The translations under genes were made by a program, and so were the position numbers. The notes beneath the pieces are model-generated. The model was not told the DNA's origin and ran no database searches. It saw nothing but the letters and a program-made list of their open reading frames with translations. From the sequence record PV231354.1: DNA of 64,000 nt; one strand, written 5' to 3'. Shown in pieces: positions 18,889-29,900 of this stretch (position 1 is its first letter; each line of letters opens with the position of its first letter).

Positions 18889-19629
18889 CTACTCCTTGAG
18901 ATACCCGGCCTTGATCGCCTCGGCCCGCGTGTCGGCCTTGCTGAGAATCGTGTCGCCGCCCCGGCGGATGAACTTGACGCCCTCGTAAAGCTGGACCTCC
19001 AGCTTGCCGTCCATCTGGATGCGCCCCAGGCGCACCGGGCCGCCGGCGTAGGGCTCGGGCGGATCGCCCACGCCGATCTCGATCATGCCCTTGTCGCTGG
19101 TCTGCACCAGGAGCGTGGCGTGCCCGCCGATCCACACCGGGTTCCAGATTTCGAGCCACATCGAGGCCCCGTCAGCGCCCGCGTCGCTCAGCCGGCGCGC
19201 CAGGGTCAGCGCGTAGTCCTCGCAGTCGCCGCAGAAGCCGTTTTCGGCGTAGAAATCGCTCCTCTGGTAGAGGATGTCGTCCGAAACGTAGGTGTAGTGG
19301 CTCCGAAGGGCCGAATCCTGCTCCGAAACCTCCGAAAACGTCAATTTTCGGCCGGTTTTTGCCTTGCAGAGCGGATTTTCGGTGAATTTTTGACAGAATT
19401 CAGTGATTCCGTCGATCGAGACCTCGACTTTGCCCCCGTAGTCGCGTTTTTCCTCGCCGGACGCGGCGATCAGCTTGACTTGAGGGCAATGACCGGCGTC
19501 GCGGGCCGGCGCGGTGACGATCGGGACATCCTGGCCGCCGGCGACGACCTGATGGGCGCTCCAGGCGAACCAGCCGAGCGGCAGGAGCAGGCCGAGCGAG
19601 AAAAAGACGATCGCGATCCAGCGCCACAT
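18889..19629 (-). CDS. Membrane-anchored transglutaminase-like cysteine protease (BTLCP/LapG-like)
   Basis: N-terminal TM/signal; GDCEDYAL nucleophile motif followed by GHATLLV. Confidence 0.7.
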   Translation of the reverse strand: MWRWIAIVFFSLGLLLPLGWFAWSAHQVVAGGQDVPIVTAPARDAGHCPQVKLIAASGEEKRDYGGKVEVSIDGITEFCQKFTENPLCKAKTGRKLTFSEVSEQDSALRSHYTYVSDDILYQRSDFYAENGFCGDCEDYALTLARRLSDAGADGASMWLEIWNPVWIGGHATLLVQTSDKGMIEIGVGDPPEPYAGGPVRLGRIQMDGKLEVQLYEGVKFIRRGGDTILSKADTRAEAIKAGYLKE

Positions 19630-20064
19630 GACGACACCCCCGAAATGTCATTAACCATGACACAGGATGTCGTGACGCGCAACATTCGCGCATAAGAAGA
19701 GCCCCGCCAGTAAGCCTAGCGGGGCTTGTTGCTGCTACAGGAGTTCAGGGAAGAAGAGCGGCCTCCTGGGTGTTCGGCCGCCCCACTTCTCGTCAAGGCT
19801 ACTTCATACCGGTCTCCTTCCATGGTCTGTCGTTTTCAAGGGCCTACCCTGGCCCTGCTTGAGAGATTTCACGCTAGAGCTAGGCGAAACGGCCGTCAAG
19901 GGCAAAGTGTGTTGCCAGACCACTTTTCTACCCGCCAAATGTCGTGAATCTTGACAACCGCACGTTAACCATGCCATTTTCCGGCTCACCTGCCTCATCC
20001 GGCGGGCTTCCCACGTCAAACTTCGGGGAGGATTCGTCCTCCCCGCCTCTTTCTCGGGCGCCGA

Positions 20065-21972
20065 ATGGCCGGTCAGACTCCGAACTCCACGAACATCTCG
20101 CGGGTCGCCCGCGCGACCTCGCAGGCGATCTATCTGGTCACCCATCCCGAGTACCAATACTGGCGCCCGGAGTGGACGAAGCTGCGCGACGTGATGGCGG
20201 GGCAGCGCGAGATCAAGCGCAAGGCCGAAGCCTACCTGCCGGCCATGAAGGGCGCGGACGGCGACGACTACGCCATCTACCTCCAGCGCGCGACCTTCTT
20301 CAACATGCTGGCCCAGACCCGCGACGGCATGACCGGGATGGTTTTCCGCCGCGATCCGATCGTCAAGAACCTGCCGCCCAAGTTCAAGGACGCCGTGCGG
20401 CGCTTTGCCAAGGACGGCTCCTCGCACGCGACGTTCGCCAAGGCCGTGCTGTCCGAGCAGGCCGGCGTCGGCCGCTTCGGTGTCCTGGTCGACGTGGTCG
20501 ACAATCCGCGCAAGGGCGCGGTCGCAACCAGCTTCGCCGTTGGCTACTCGGCCGAGAACATCCTCGACTGGGACGAAGTCGTCGACATGGGCGGCTTCTA
20601 CGTCCCCAGCCGCGTCCTGCTGCGCGAATTCGTCCGCGACCTGCGCTGGAAGTCCGACATCGAGCCCCTGACCACCGCCCAGGCCCGCAAGGCGCGCGCG
20701 GCGGCCCTGGCCTCGGGTAGCGCCAGCAGCCCGATGGTCCGTCAGACCGCCCGCACCCTGGGCGGCTACAGCTACATCACCGTCTACCGGGAACTGAAGC
20801 TCGAAGAGATCGAGTGGCCGTCCGGCGAGGTCAAGCTCGCCTACGTCCAGTACCTCTACGAAGAGGACCCCGAGAGCCGGCCGATCGCCCGCATCGTCCC
20901 GACCGTCCGGGGCGAGCCGCTCGACTTCATCCCCTTCAAGTTCTTCGGCGCCTCGGGCAACACCGCCGACGTCGAAAAGCCGCCGCTTCTCGACATCTGC
21001 GATCTGAACCTGTCGCACTACCGCACCTACGCCGAACTCGAATACGGCCGCCTGTTCACCGCCCTGCCGGTCTACTACGCGCCGGGCACCGACAGCGAGG
21101 GCACGGGCGAATACCACATCGGCCCGAACATGGTCTGGGAAGTGCCCCAGGGCTCCGAGCCGGGCATCCTCGAATACACGGGCCAGGGCCTGAAGGCGCT
21201 CGAAACCGCCCTCAACGACAAGGAGCGGCAGATCGCCGCGATCGGCGGCCGGATGATGCCGGGCGCCTCCAAGTCGGTCTCCGAGAGCAACAACCAGACC
21301 GTCCTTCGCGAGGCCAACGAGCAGTCGCTGCTCCTCAACATCATCCAGGCCTGCGAGTCCGGCATGACCGACGTCGTGCGCTGGTGGCTGATGTGGCGCG
21401 ACGTGCCGCTGGCCGACACCGAGAACCTGCGCTACGAGGTCAACACCGACTTCCTGTCGACGCCGATCGGCGCGCGCGAGATGCGCGCCATCCAGCTTAT
21501 GGCCAACGACGGCCTGCTGCCCGACCCGGTCTTCTACGAGTACATGCGCAAGGCCGAGGTCATCTCGTCCGACATGACCTTCGAGGAATTCCAGGCCCTG
21601 CGCGCCGACGAGAACTCGTTCATCAACAACCCCGACGCCCAGGCCCGCCAGCGCGGTTACACCAACCGTGGCCAGGAACTGGAGCAGTCGCGCATGGCGC
21701 GCGAAGCCGACTTCACCCAGCAGAAGATCGACATCCAGGAGCGCAGTGTCGCGGTCCAGGAAGGTCACGCCGAGGTGGCGCACGCCGCTGGCTCGACCTC
21801 GATCTCTGGCTCGCGCAAGCTGGGCGACCCCGAGCAGGCCAAGCCCGCCGTGGCCGATCAGGCAACCATCGACAACGCCAAGAAGCAGACGGCGAACGCG
21901 GCGAAGGTCGCCGCCCAGCCGCCGGCTCCGGCCGCGCCGGGCGCTCCGCCCACCAATCGTCGCCCGACCTGA
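20065..21972 (+). CDS. Portal protein (DUF4055 type)
   Basis: HPEY...W..LRDVM.GQ..IK...YLP...Y..YL.RA.FFN; PPLLDICDLNLSHYR; position in the head module. Confidence 0.85.
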   Translation: MAGQTPNSTNISRVARATSQAIYLVTHPEYQYWRPEWTKLRDVMAGQREIKRKAEAYLPAMKGADGDDYAIYLQRATFFNMLAQTRDGMTGMVFRRDPIVKNLPPKFKDAVRRFAKDGSSHATFAKAVLSEQAGVGRFGVLVDVVDNPRKGAVATSFAVGYSAENILDWDEVVDMGGFYVPSRVLLREFVRDLRWKSDIEPLTTAQARKARAAALASGSASSPMVRQTARTLGGYSYITVYRELKLEEIEWPSGEVKLAYVQYLYEEDPESRPIARIVPTVRGEPLDFIPFKFFGASGNTADVEKPPLLDICDLNLSHYRTYAELEYGRLFTALPVYYAPGTDSEGTGEYHIGPNMVWEVPQGSEPGILEYTGQGLKALETALNDKERQIAAIGGRMMPGASKSVSESNNQTVLREANEQSLLLNIIQACESGMTDVVRWWLMWRDVPLADTENLRYEVNTDFLSTPIGAREMRAIQLMANDGLLPDPVFYEYMRKAEVISSDMTFEEFQALRADENSFINNPDAQARQRGYTNRGQELEQSRMAREADFTQQKIDIQERSVAVQEGHAEVAHAAGSTSISGSRKLGDPEQAKPAVADQATIDNAKKQTANAAKVAAQPPAPAAPGAPPTNRRPT

Positions 21973-21998
21973 TGACCATCCAGCAAGCCTGAGTTCAG

Positions 21999-22181
21999 AT
22001 GCCGCGTTCCTACGATTCCTTCGAAGACCTGATCCATGACCTCGACCACGAGGGGATCGTCGACGCTGACGGCATCGCCGAACTGGACGACGAGGACCTG
22101 TCCTTGCTCGCCCCGCCGGTGATCCGCAAGGCCCCCGCCGCCCCGGCCAAGAAGCGCGGGCGCCCGAAGAAAGCGGCCTGA
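21999..22181 (+). CDS. Small acidic protein with basic tail
   Basis: Coupled to the next gene. Confidence 0.6.
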   Translation: MPRSYDSFEDLIHDLDHEGIVDADGIAELDDEDLSLLAPPVIRKAPAAPAKKRGRPKKAA

Positions 22182-22606
22182 TGCGCCACGCCACCGCCTG
22201 CTGGAACGTCCTGACCGTCCGCCTGGACGGCATCGCCCACTGGGTCGACGAGGTCGACGTCTCCATCATCGACCTGGAGACGGGCGAGCACCCGCGCGGC
22301 GACGACGGCGTGTTCCTGCCGATCCTGTCGGCCACCGAGACGACCATCAACCTCTACGGCGGTCAGACCATCGACGGCCGCTACGAGATCACCTCCAGCC
22401 TGCCCGAGGCTTCCATGACCGACCCCGTCCTGATCGGCGACCCCGCCGCCGAGCGCACCATCGAAGTCCTGGCCCTGCACCCCGACGAGGCCGCCGAGTT
22501 CGTGCCCTCGCCCGAGCAGGCCGCCAAGATCGCGGCCGGCGACATGATCATCGGCATCATCCGCTACGCCATGCCCGAGGACCTGGAGCAAATCCTCACG
22601 TCGTGA
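22181..22606 (+). CDS. Hypothetical protein
   Basis: TGATG coupling. Confidence 0.7.
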   Translation: MRHATACWNVLTVRLDGIAHWVDEVDVSIIDLETGEHPRGDDGVFLPILSATETTINLYGGQTIDGRYEITSSLPEASMTDPVLIGDPAAERTIEVLALHPDEAAEFVPSPEQAAKIAAGDMIIGIIRYAMPEDLEQILTS

Positions 22607-22666
22607 ATCTTGACACCCAGAGTCAGGTGTGATGACATCGCCCTCGTTAACCACGAGGGCTTTTTC

Positions 22667-22927
22667 ATGACCACCGCCGTCTCCATCACCGCTGCCGGTC
22701 ACAACCTCATCGTCTACCTGAACGATGCCTACGAGCCCTCGAACGGCGGCGAACTGGTCGAGACCGAGACCATCGAGTTCGTGACCAAGAGCACCCAGCG
22801 CACCTTCCACGTCCACCAGACGCGCGACCTCTACGTCACCGAGGTCCGCGATGGCGAGACCGATCTCAACGGCCTGATCGACGCCGGCGACTTCGACGCC
22901 GCGCGCGCGTACATCCAGGCCGGCTAA
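22667..22927 (+). CDS. Hypothetical protein
   Basis: Downstream of a late-type promoter; strong codon bias. Confidence 0.75.
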   Translation: MTTAVSITAAGHNLIVYLNDAYEPSNGGELVETETIEFVTKSTQRTFHVHQTRDLYVTEVRDGETDLNGLIDAGDFDAARAYIQAG

Positions 22928-23113
22928 AGTTCTACGGCGCCCTAATTGCCAGCCGGCGCATACGGACACGGGCTGGATAAATCGGCAGCGATGCGAAGCG
23001 CTTGGGGCGAGGGGCCACGGGCGTGAGTCACAGGAGGGGGCGCCGCTGGGTCACCGGCCCGGTCCTTTCACCTCCCAATCGCCGCAAGTCCGCACCCTTC
23101 CAAGAGGCCCTCG

Positions 23114-23752
23114 ATGAGCGACGATTTCGACAAGCAGTTCGACGACAAGGTCCGCGCGCGTGACGCCGCCGCCGTCGACGAGCAGCTTCGCCTTGCCCTG
23201 CCCGAGCCGGGCGTCTCCAGCAAGACGGTGGCGGAGTTGATTCAGCGCATCGCCCTGGGGCAGAGCGGGGAAGTCATCTTCGAGGTGAACGATCCGCCCT
23301 ACGAGGCCGAGGTCGAACAGGCCGTGGAGATCGAGACCGCCCAGCGCCGCGACGGCAAGCCGGACGCGGTCTTCACCGAGCAGGACTACCTCGACCAGTC
23401 GGTCGACAAGTGCGCGGCCAAGTTCCTCGACACGCCGCTGGGCGGCCTGCCGTTCAAGCCGACGCCGGACGGCAAGGGCTACGTCTACGCGCGCGAGTTG
23501 GCCGGGCAAGCGGCGCCCAAGATCACGATCTCGGTCTACCTCAACAACGGCACGGTCCGCGAGTACGACGTCGCCGACGCGGCGACCGCGCGCGAGCATG
23601 CCTTCGAGATCATCCAGACCGGCTACCGCAGCGTCGACCAGGATGCGCCCAACGTGCTCGTCCACTGGCCGCCGCACGAGATCAAGAAGGTCAAGCTGAC
23701 CGCCAGCGAGCCGCTCAAAACCACCTACTTCGACCGCGTCCGGGGGACCTGA
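23114..23752 (+). CDS. Hypothetical protein
   Basis: GAGG SD; codon bias. Confidence 0.75.
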   Translation: MSDDFDKQFDDKVRARDAAAVDEQLRLALPEPGVSSKTVAELIQRIALGQSGEVIFEVNDPPYEAEVEQAVEIETAQRRDGKPDAVFTEQDYLDQSVDKCAAKFLDTPLGGLPFKPTPDGKGYVYARELAGQAAPKITISVYLNNGTVREYDVADAATAREHAFEIIQTGYRSVDQDAPNVLVHWPPHEIKKVKLTASEPLKTTYFDRVRGT

Positions 23753-23755
23753 CCC

Positions 23756-24148
23756 ATGCCCACCATCCAATTTGATTCGATCGGCCTCGTGCCGGAAGGC
23801 CTTCGTGCATATGCCAAGGTCGCCGGCGACTACGAAGGTGAAGCCGTCTCGGTCGACGTCGTGCCGGCCGTCAGGATCGACGAATTCCGCGAAGCCAACA
23901 TCCGCCTGGGCAAGGAGCGCGACGAGCTTGCCGAGCGCCTCGTCCAGGCTGACCGCCACGCCCAGGCCCTGGCCCAGGAACTCGTCGAGGCCGACGAGCG
24001 CATCCAGGTCCTTACCGACGATCTGGCTGCGAGCACCCGGCAGACGACGGTCCTGGCGGAATACATCGACGCCAACATCGATCTCGAAGCCGTGCGCAGC
24101 CATGTCAACGAGGTGATCATGATCGTCGACACCTGCGTCGAGGCCTGA
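23756..24148 (+). CDS. Coiled-coil protein paralogous to the scaffold N-terminus
   Basis: VPEGLR...V.VVPA..IDEFR..NI...KERD.L.ERL shared with 31034-31825. Confidence 0.75.
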   Translation: MPTIQFDSIGLVPEGLRAYAKVAGDYEGEAVSVDVVPAVRIDEFREANIRLGKERDELAERLVQADRHAQALAQELVEADERIQVLTDDLAASTRQTTVLAEYIDANIDLEAVRSHVNEVIMIVDTCVEA

Positions 24149-24150
24149 TC

Positions 24151-26091
24151 ATGTGCGTCGTCTCCGCCGTTATGGATCACGGCCGCCAGCAGTGGCCTGA
24201 TCTGATGGAGCCCAAGTTCTGGCCGCTCCCCACCCCGGTCGTCCCGGCGCATCCGGGCATGAAGCTCTGGCCGCCGCAGGAGCCCAAGCTCCCGACCAAG
24301 GCGGAGATCGAAGCGTTCCTGGCGCTCTACAAGGCCGCCCAGGAATACGACGCCAAGACCGGCCAGCCGCACTGCGAGGACCCCGAGAAGATCAAGCTCC
24401 TCGACGCCATCAACCGGCTCGCCGATCGCCTGGAGGCGATTGAAAAGCGCCTCGGCGCCCAGGACGCGGCAGAGGCCGAGGACGCGGCGGCGATCGCCGC
24501 CTCCGTCAAGACGTGAGCGTCTTCGACCTGCCGGCCGACGGCTTTGACCGCCGCAAGCCGCTCTTCCGCGTCTTCGACATCGACGGCGAGACCCAGTGGT
24601 GGACGGTGATCGCCGCGCTCAACGCGCCCGGCCGCCGCTGCACCCCCGAGGAGGAAGCGCGGATCGTCGAGCGCCTCCAGGCCAAGTCCTGGGCCGACAA
24701 GTTCTGGACCTGCTACCACCTGAGCGGCAAGGCCACCATCTACGAAAGCACCCCGGAATGAAGCTGACCATCAGCGGCCAGGACATGAGTGGCGAGGCCA
24801 CCGTCTATTTGATGCTGGTCCCGCGCGCGGGCGTGCGCATGCAGAATGACGTGCCCGTCGCCCTCACCTTCGAGGCTCTGCCGGGCGCGGCCGGCGATGT
24901 GCGCCTGGACGCCATGACCGAGGTCTCCCTGTCGGACGCGCCGCCGCCGGGCACGCTCGTCTTCCTGCCGGGGGAGGCCGAGAAGGTCTTCTTCATCAAC
25001 ACCGCCGGCCCGTGGAAGCTCACGTTCCGGGAGACGCCGTGAACGCCAACCAGCACATGCCCGACAACATGCCGTTCGGCCTCAAGGGGTTCCCCAAGGT
25101 CGAGCGGATCGACGGCGTGCGCAACATCGTCTACCTGACCTGCGGCGACAGCGTGCCGATCGTCCACTACATGGCGGGCGGCGAGGAGTGCGGCAATCCG
25201 CTGCGGGCCGACACCCTGGTCGCCGGCCCCTATCAGGACAAGTGGCTGGTCCTGCCGATCCCGGACGGCGCCCTGTGACCCGGCCGCTCAACGCCACCGA
25301 GGTCCTCTGCGACGCCTTCCGCGACCTTTTGACCAAGGGCTTCTACGTCACCGACGAGCACGGCGAGGTTCACGGACCGGGCACCCCGCTGGGCGATGCG
25401 GCCCTGGCGGCGACCAAGGCGTGGCGCGGCGACCTGTGGAAGGCCTTCCGCCCGATCGACGACAGCATGTGCCCGGTGCGGGTTCACGAGCGCGAAGCGG
25501 CCAAGCGCGCGGGCTGAACATGTCCGGATATGTCCGGATTTGGCCGGCAAATGTCCGGCAAGCACCACCGCTCATTGATTTCATTGAACTTTTAGTCTCG
25601 ACCGGTGTCCAGCAAATGTCCGGCAATGGCCGGATTAAGGTTTGGCCGGATGACCGGATCGCCGGCCGGTTTCGAAAGTGGTGTCGTGATTCTTGACACC
25701 CCATGTCGTCTGTGGTGACATCCCCTCGTTAACCACGACGGGCTCTCCGATGATCCGCCTGACCCAGACCAAGCACATGAGCAACGAGGCCTCCAGCGAC
25801 CAGCGTTGGTTCCTCGACCACACCCTGCGGTTCGAGGTGCATCCGATCCGCAACGAGGCCCAGGTCAAGGCTTGGCCGGGTGCCAGGGCGGCGGTCGTGG
25901 TCCACGGCGAAGCCCACTACGTCGACGAGACGCCCGAGCAGGTCATGTCTCTGCTGAAGGTCGTGCGCCATCCGCACGCCTACCGGCTTCAGGACGAAGC
26001 AGGTCACCTGATCGCGCCGGACGATCTGATCTGGATCGGCATGGACGGCGAGGGCGTCCTGGAATTCGGTCTGACCGAGATCAAGGGGTAG
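24151..26091 (+). other. Run of hypothetical ORFs (24151-24516, 24513-24761, 24758-25042, 25039-25278, 25275-25517, 25750-26091)
   Basis: Coupled starts/stops and phage codon bias. Confidence 0.65.
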
Positions 26092-26094
26092 GCC

Positions 26095-26775
26095 ATGACC
26101 TTCAATCTCGTCAACCAGCGCGAGTACGAGGCGCTGACCTACGCCAAGATCGTGGCCGACGGCGGCGTGCTGGCGGAGAGCGAGGTCAGGGTCCTGGCCA
26201 ACGCCCTGCTGCGCGAGGAAGCGCGCTACGAGGACCGGCGCCTTGCCTTCATGCACCCGTCGATCCTCTGCGCGAACGGCGAGTATTACGACTTCACCAA
26301 CCCGGACGCCTTCTCCTGGGACATCCAGGTGATCGCCGCCGGCCTGCGCGCGCCGCGCTTCACGGCCCAGACCCGCAGCAAGGGCACCTACTCGATCGCC
26401 CAGCACTCGCTTCTGGCCAGCTACATCGTGCCCAAGGGCTTCGAACTGGAGGCCCTGCTGCATGACGCTCAGGAGAGCGTGCTGGGCGACAAGGCCACGC
26501 CGTTCAAAATCCTGCTGCCCGACTACAAGCACTACGAGGACATCGCCGAGGCCTCCGTGCGGCGCCGGTACGGCCTGCCGCCGACGATGAGCCCGGAGGT
26601 CAAGCACGCCGACCTCGTCATGCTCGCCACCGAGAAGCGCGACATCATGCCCAACCCCGAGGACGAGTGGGCGATGCTCAAGGGCGTCGAGACCCTGCCC
26701 TTCGAGATCGAGGTCTGGGACGTCGAGCGCGCCCGCGACGCCTTCATCGCCCGCTTCGCCGACCTGACGGCCTGA
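26095..26775 (+). CDS. HD-domain 5'-deoxynucleotidase-like protein (YfbR/YfdR type)
   Basis: YSIAQHS...ALLHDAQES.LGD..TPFK...HADLVMLATEKRD. Confidence 0.85.
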   Translation: MTFNLVNQREYEALTYAKIVADGGVLAESEVRVLANALLREEARYEDRRLAFMHPSILCANGEYYDFTNPDAFSWDIQVIAAGLRAPRFTAQTRSKGTYSIAQHSLLASYIVPKGFELEALLHDAQESVLGDKATPFKILLPDYKHYEDIAEASVRRRYGLPPTMSPEVKHADLVMLATEKRDIMPNPEDEWAMLKGVETLPFEIEVWDVERARDAFIARFADLTA

Positions 26776-26807
26776 CGTCCGCTCCTGACGTAGAACGATA
26801 CGAGAAC

Positions 26808-27149
26808 ATGCCCATGATCCCCGCCCTGACCGACCAGCCTGCGATCCTTTCCGCCGAGCAGGCCCGCGAATTGACGGCCGGCATTTCGACCGACCGCCTG
26901 ATCGAGGCGATCAAGAACGCGGTGATCGCCGCCGCGACCGCCGGCCTGAGCCGTGCGGTGATCGGCAAGGACGTTGTGCGCGGCGTGCCTGACTGGAACG
27001 GCGACGCCGACGACACCGTGATCGGCCGGGCCGCCAAGCAGGCGCGCGCCGCCGGCTACACGGTCAAGAAAGGCATGGACGGCGACCTCGTCATCGAGTG
27101 GAAGGCCGCTTCTCGCCCGACGGGCGGGCTGGGCTATCTCGACCGCTGA
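26808..27149 (+). CDS. Hypothetical protein
   Basis: Codon bias; contiguous. Confidence 0.65.
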   Translation: MPMIPALTDQPAILSAEQARELTAGISTDRLIEAIKNAVIAAATAGLSRAVIGKDVVRGVPDWNGDADDTVIGRAAKQARAAGYTVKKGMDGDLVIEWKAASRPTGGLGYLDR

Positions 27150-27153
27150 TCCG

Positions 27154-27357
27154 ATGTCCACCCGCGTCCAGCCCCATGACCTGCGCCTGGAGTCGGCCTT
27201 CGCCGACTTCCACGAGCGCAACCTGATGTGTCCGGAGCCGGATTGCGACTGGGGCGTGATCGACACCGGCGAGACCGACCCCGACACCTGCATCCCCATC
27301 ACCAAGTCCTGCCCGGTCTGCGACGGCAAGGGCTTCATGCCTAGGAAGGCCGCCTGA
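27154..27357 (+). CDS. Small Zn-finger protein
   Basis: CPEPDC...CPVCDGKG. Confidence 0.7.
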   Translation: MSTRVQPHDLRLESAFADFHERNLMCPEPDCDWGVIDTGETDPDTCIPITKSCPVCDGKGFMPRKAA

Positions 27358-27797
27358 TGGTGGAGGTGGATCGGGCCTACCTCGCCGGCCTTATTGATGG
27401 CGAGGGGTGTATTTCCGTCAGTCGGACGCACTCGAACGCCTCGGCTAAGGGGTGCCGTCGGGGTTACGCGTACAGGTCGAGTGTCTCGGTAGCGATGACC
27501 AACAAGGAGGTTCTGCTCTGGGCGTCTGAGACTACGGGCTTTGGTAAGATTTGCCCCAAGAAAACTAAACCGCACCACCGTCCAGCATGGACTTGGACGG
27601 TTTGGAGCAAGCAGGCGGCAGAGCTTTTGAAGGCTCTTCAACCCTACCTCAGGATCAAGGCTGAACAGGCCAAGGCCCTGATCGAGTTCCAGCAAGCTAT
27701 GCGTCAGCCGGGAAGCAAGGGCCTCTCGGATGAAGAATGGGAAAATCGGGAGCGCTCTTATGAGGCCTTCCGTCAAATGAACAAGAGAGGCCTATAA
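27357..27797 (+). mobile_element. Free-standing single-motif LAGLIDADG homing endonuclease
   Basis: AYLAGLIDGEGCI motif, LQPYLRIK.EQA; markedly lower GC3 than neighbours. Confidence 0.85.
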
Positions 27798-28846
27798 TGA
27801 CCGATGCTTACGCCCCCGATCTTTGCCTCTATCACGGGTCGTGCGCCGACGGCTTCACCGCCGCCTGGGCGGTTTACCAGCGCTTCGGCGGCCTGACCCA
27901 GTACCTGCCGGCGACCTACGGCCGGCCGATCAGCGACGACGTCGTCCTGGGCCGCCACATCCTGCTGGTCGACTTCTCCTTCAAGAAGGAGGAGTTGAAG
28001 CGCATCGCCCGGATCGCCGCCTCGGTGACCATCATCGACCACCACAAGTCGGCGGCCGAGGACCTGCGCGAGTTCATCGTCAGCGACGCGCTGATGGACC
28101 TGACCCCGAACGAGTACGCCGAACTGAGCCACTTCGCCGGCAAGCTGCCGATCCGCGCCATGTTCGACATGGACCGCTCGGGCGCGGGCATGGCCTGGGA
28201 CTTCTTCATGCGCTCCAGCCCGCGCATGAAGATCATCAACTACGTCGAGGACCGCGACCTCTGGCGCTTCGACCAGGAAGGCTCGCGCGAGGTCTCGGCC
28301 TACATCTTCGCCCACGACTACACGTTCGACAACTGGAACGCCCTGGCCGGCGAGATCGAGATCGACCTGCCCACGGTGATCTCCGCCGGCGCGGCGATCG
28401 AGAAGAAGCACCACAAGGACATCGGCGAGCTTCTGCGCCAGACCAAGCGCGAGATGATCATCGGCGGCTACCGCGTGCCGGTCGCCAACATGCCCTACAC
28501 CCTGGCCAGCGACGCGGCCAATAAGATGGCCTCGACCCCGAACGAGGACGGCACCATGCCGGCCTTCGCCGCCTGCTACTTCGACAACAACGCCGGCAAG
28601 CGGGCCTTCTCGCTGCGGGCGATCGACGGCGGCGCCGACGTGTCCCAGGTGGCGTCCAGCTACGGCGGCGGCGGCCATGCCAAGGCTGCTGGCTTCTCGG
28701 CCCCGCAGGGCTGGGAAGGCGAGGACGGTGACGACCACATCACCGCCCAGATCAAGCGCGCCCTGGCCGACCCGCGTCCGGGCATCCCCGCCGCCCAGGT
28801 CGAAGCCGAGTTCGCCGCCCGTCGCGCGGGCAAGACCAATGCCTGA
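27797..28846 (+). CDS. DHH-family phosphoesterase (NrnB-like)
   Basis: YHG.CADG, LLVDFS, IIDHHKS, RSGAG, EDRDLW, YGGGGHAKAAGF. Confidence 0.9.
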   Translation: MTDAYAPDLCLYHGSCADGFTAAWAVYQRFGGLTQYLPATYGRPISDDVVLGRHILLVDFSFKKEELKRIARIAASVTIIDHHKSAAEDLREFIVSDALMDLTPNEYAELSHFAGKLPIRAMFDMDRSGAGMAWDFFMRSSPRMKIINYVEDRDLWRFDQEGSREVSAYIFAHDYTFDNWNALAGEIEIDLPTVISAGAAIEKKHHKDIGELLRQTKREMIIGGYRVPVANMPYTLASDAANKMASTPNEDGTMPAFAACYFDNNAGKRAFSLRAIDGGADVSQVASSYGGGGHAKAAGFSAPQGWEGEDGDDHITAQIKRALADPRPGIPAAQVEAEFAARRAGKTNA

Positions 28847-29900
28847 CGCCGTCCCCGCGCTCTCGGACGCCTCCAAGGCGGTGCTGGTCCTGGAGGACCG
28901 CTATGCCTGCTCCGAGGCCAAGAAGGTGGCGCTGCGGCAGTTCCGCAGCGCGATCGGCGAACTCGGCCGGGTCGCCAACCAGTTTGAGCAGGAGGTCGGC
29001 GGTGGCTGACGAAAGCACCCTGCCGGCACCGCCCGAGCCGCCGGCCTACGATTTCCGCAAGGACGTCCTCCTGGTCGACCGCGCCCGGATGATCGCCAAC
29101 GGCCTGCTCTCGGGCCAGCGCATCCTCCACGGGGACGAGCACACCCTGGCGCGCGCCTTGATCGTCCTGCTGGAAGATCGCGAAGCGCGCGCCAACCCGC
29201 CTTGCACCTTGCTGGTGGTCGAGGGCGTCGTAGAACGCGATCGGCTCCAGTGGATGCTCGATCCGACCGCCAGGGCCGTCCACGTCATCACGCCGATGCA
29301 GCGCGGACACGCCACGGTCGGCCGGCGCTACGCCGCGATCTTCGTTCGCTATCCCACCGCCGCGTGGTTCGAGGCCAAGAAGGTCGAGACCCACGAGTTC
29401 CAGCAATGGGAACGCGAACACCTCTATCCCCGCCTGACCAAGGGCGGCCACTTCCAGCACATCTGAGGTCCCATGGAACCCGAAGTCTTCACCGTCGACG
29501 CCGCCCCGGCTGACATCCCCGCCCCGAAGCCCAAGCCGCGCGCCCGGCCCTACGAGCCCCAGCGCTTCAACAGCTTCAAGGCTGCGCTGTTCGGCACCTC
29601 GTCGCTGGTCCAGATCACCTTCTACGCCGGATGACCCCGTCCCGCCGCAAGGCGCTCCAAGCCCAGATCGAGACGTGCAAGGAGTCGAGCTTGGTGGTCG
29701 AGGAGTCCACCAAGCACTGGCGGCGCGACTACGAGGCCTACCATCACATCATGGTCTCGGGCGAGGTGGGGCGCTATTCCGACGAGGCCCTGAAGGCGAT
29801 CAGCCTGAGGGCCTCGGCCACCTACGAGGCGCTCTTGGACGCGCTCCGTGTACACGCCAACAACCTGGACCGCCTGAGGTCCATCAAGGGCTCCTTCTGA
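28839..29900 (+). other. Hypothetical ORFs (28839-29009, 29002-29466, 29473-29634, 29631-29900)
   Basis: Coupled starts/stops. Confidence 0.6.
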
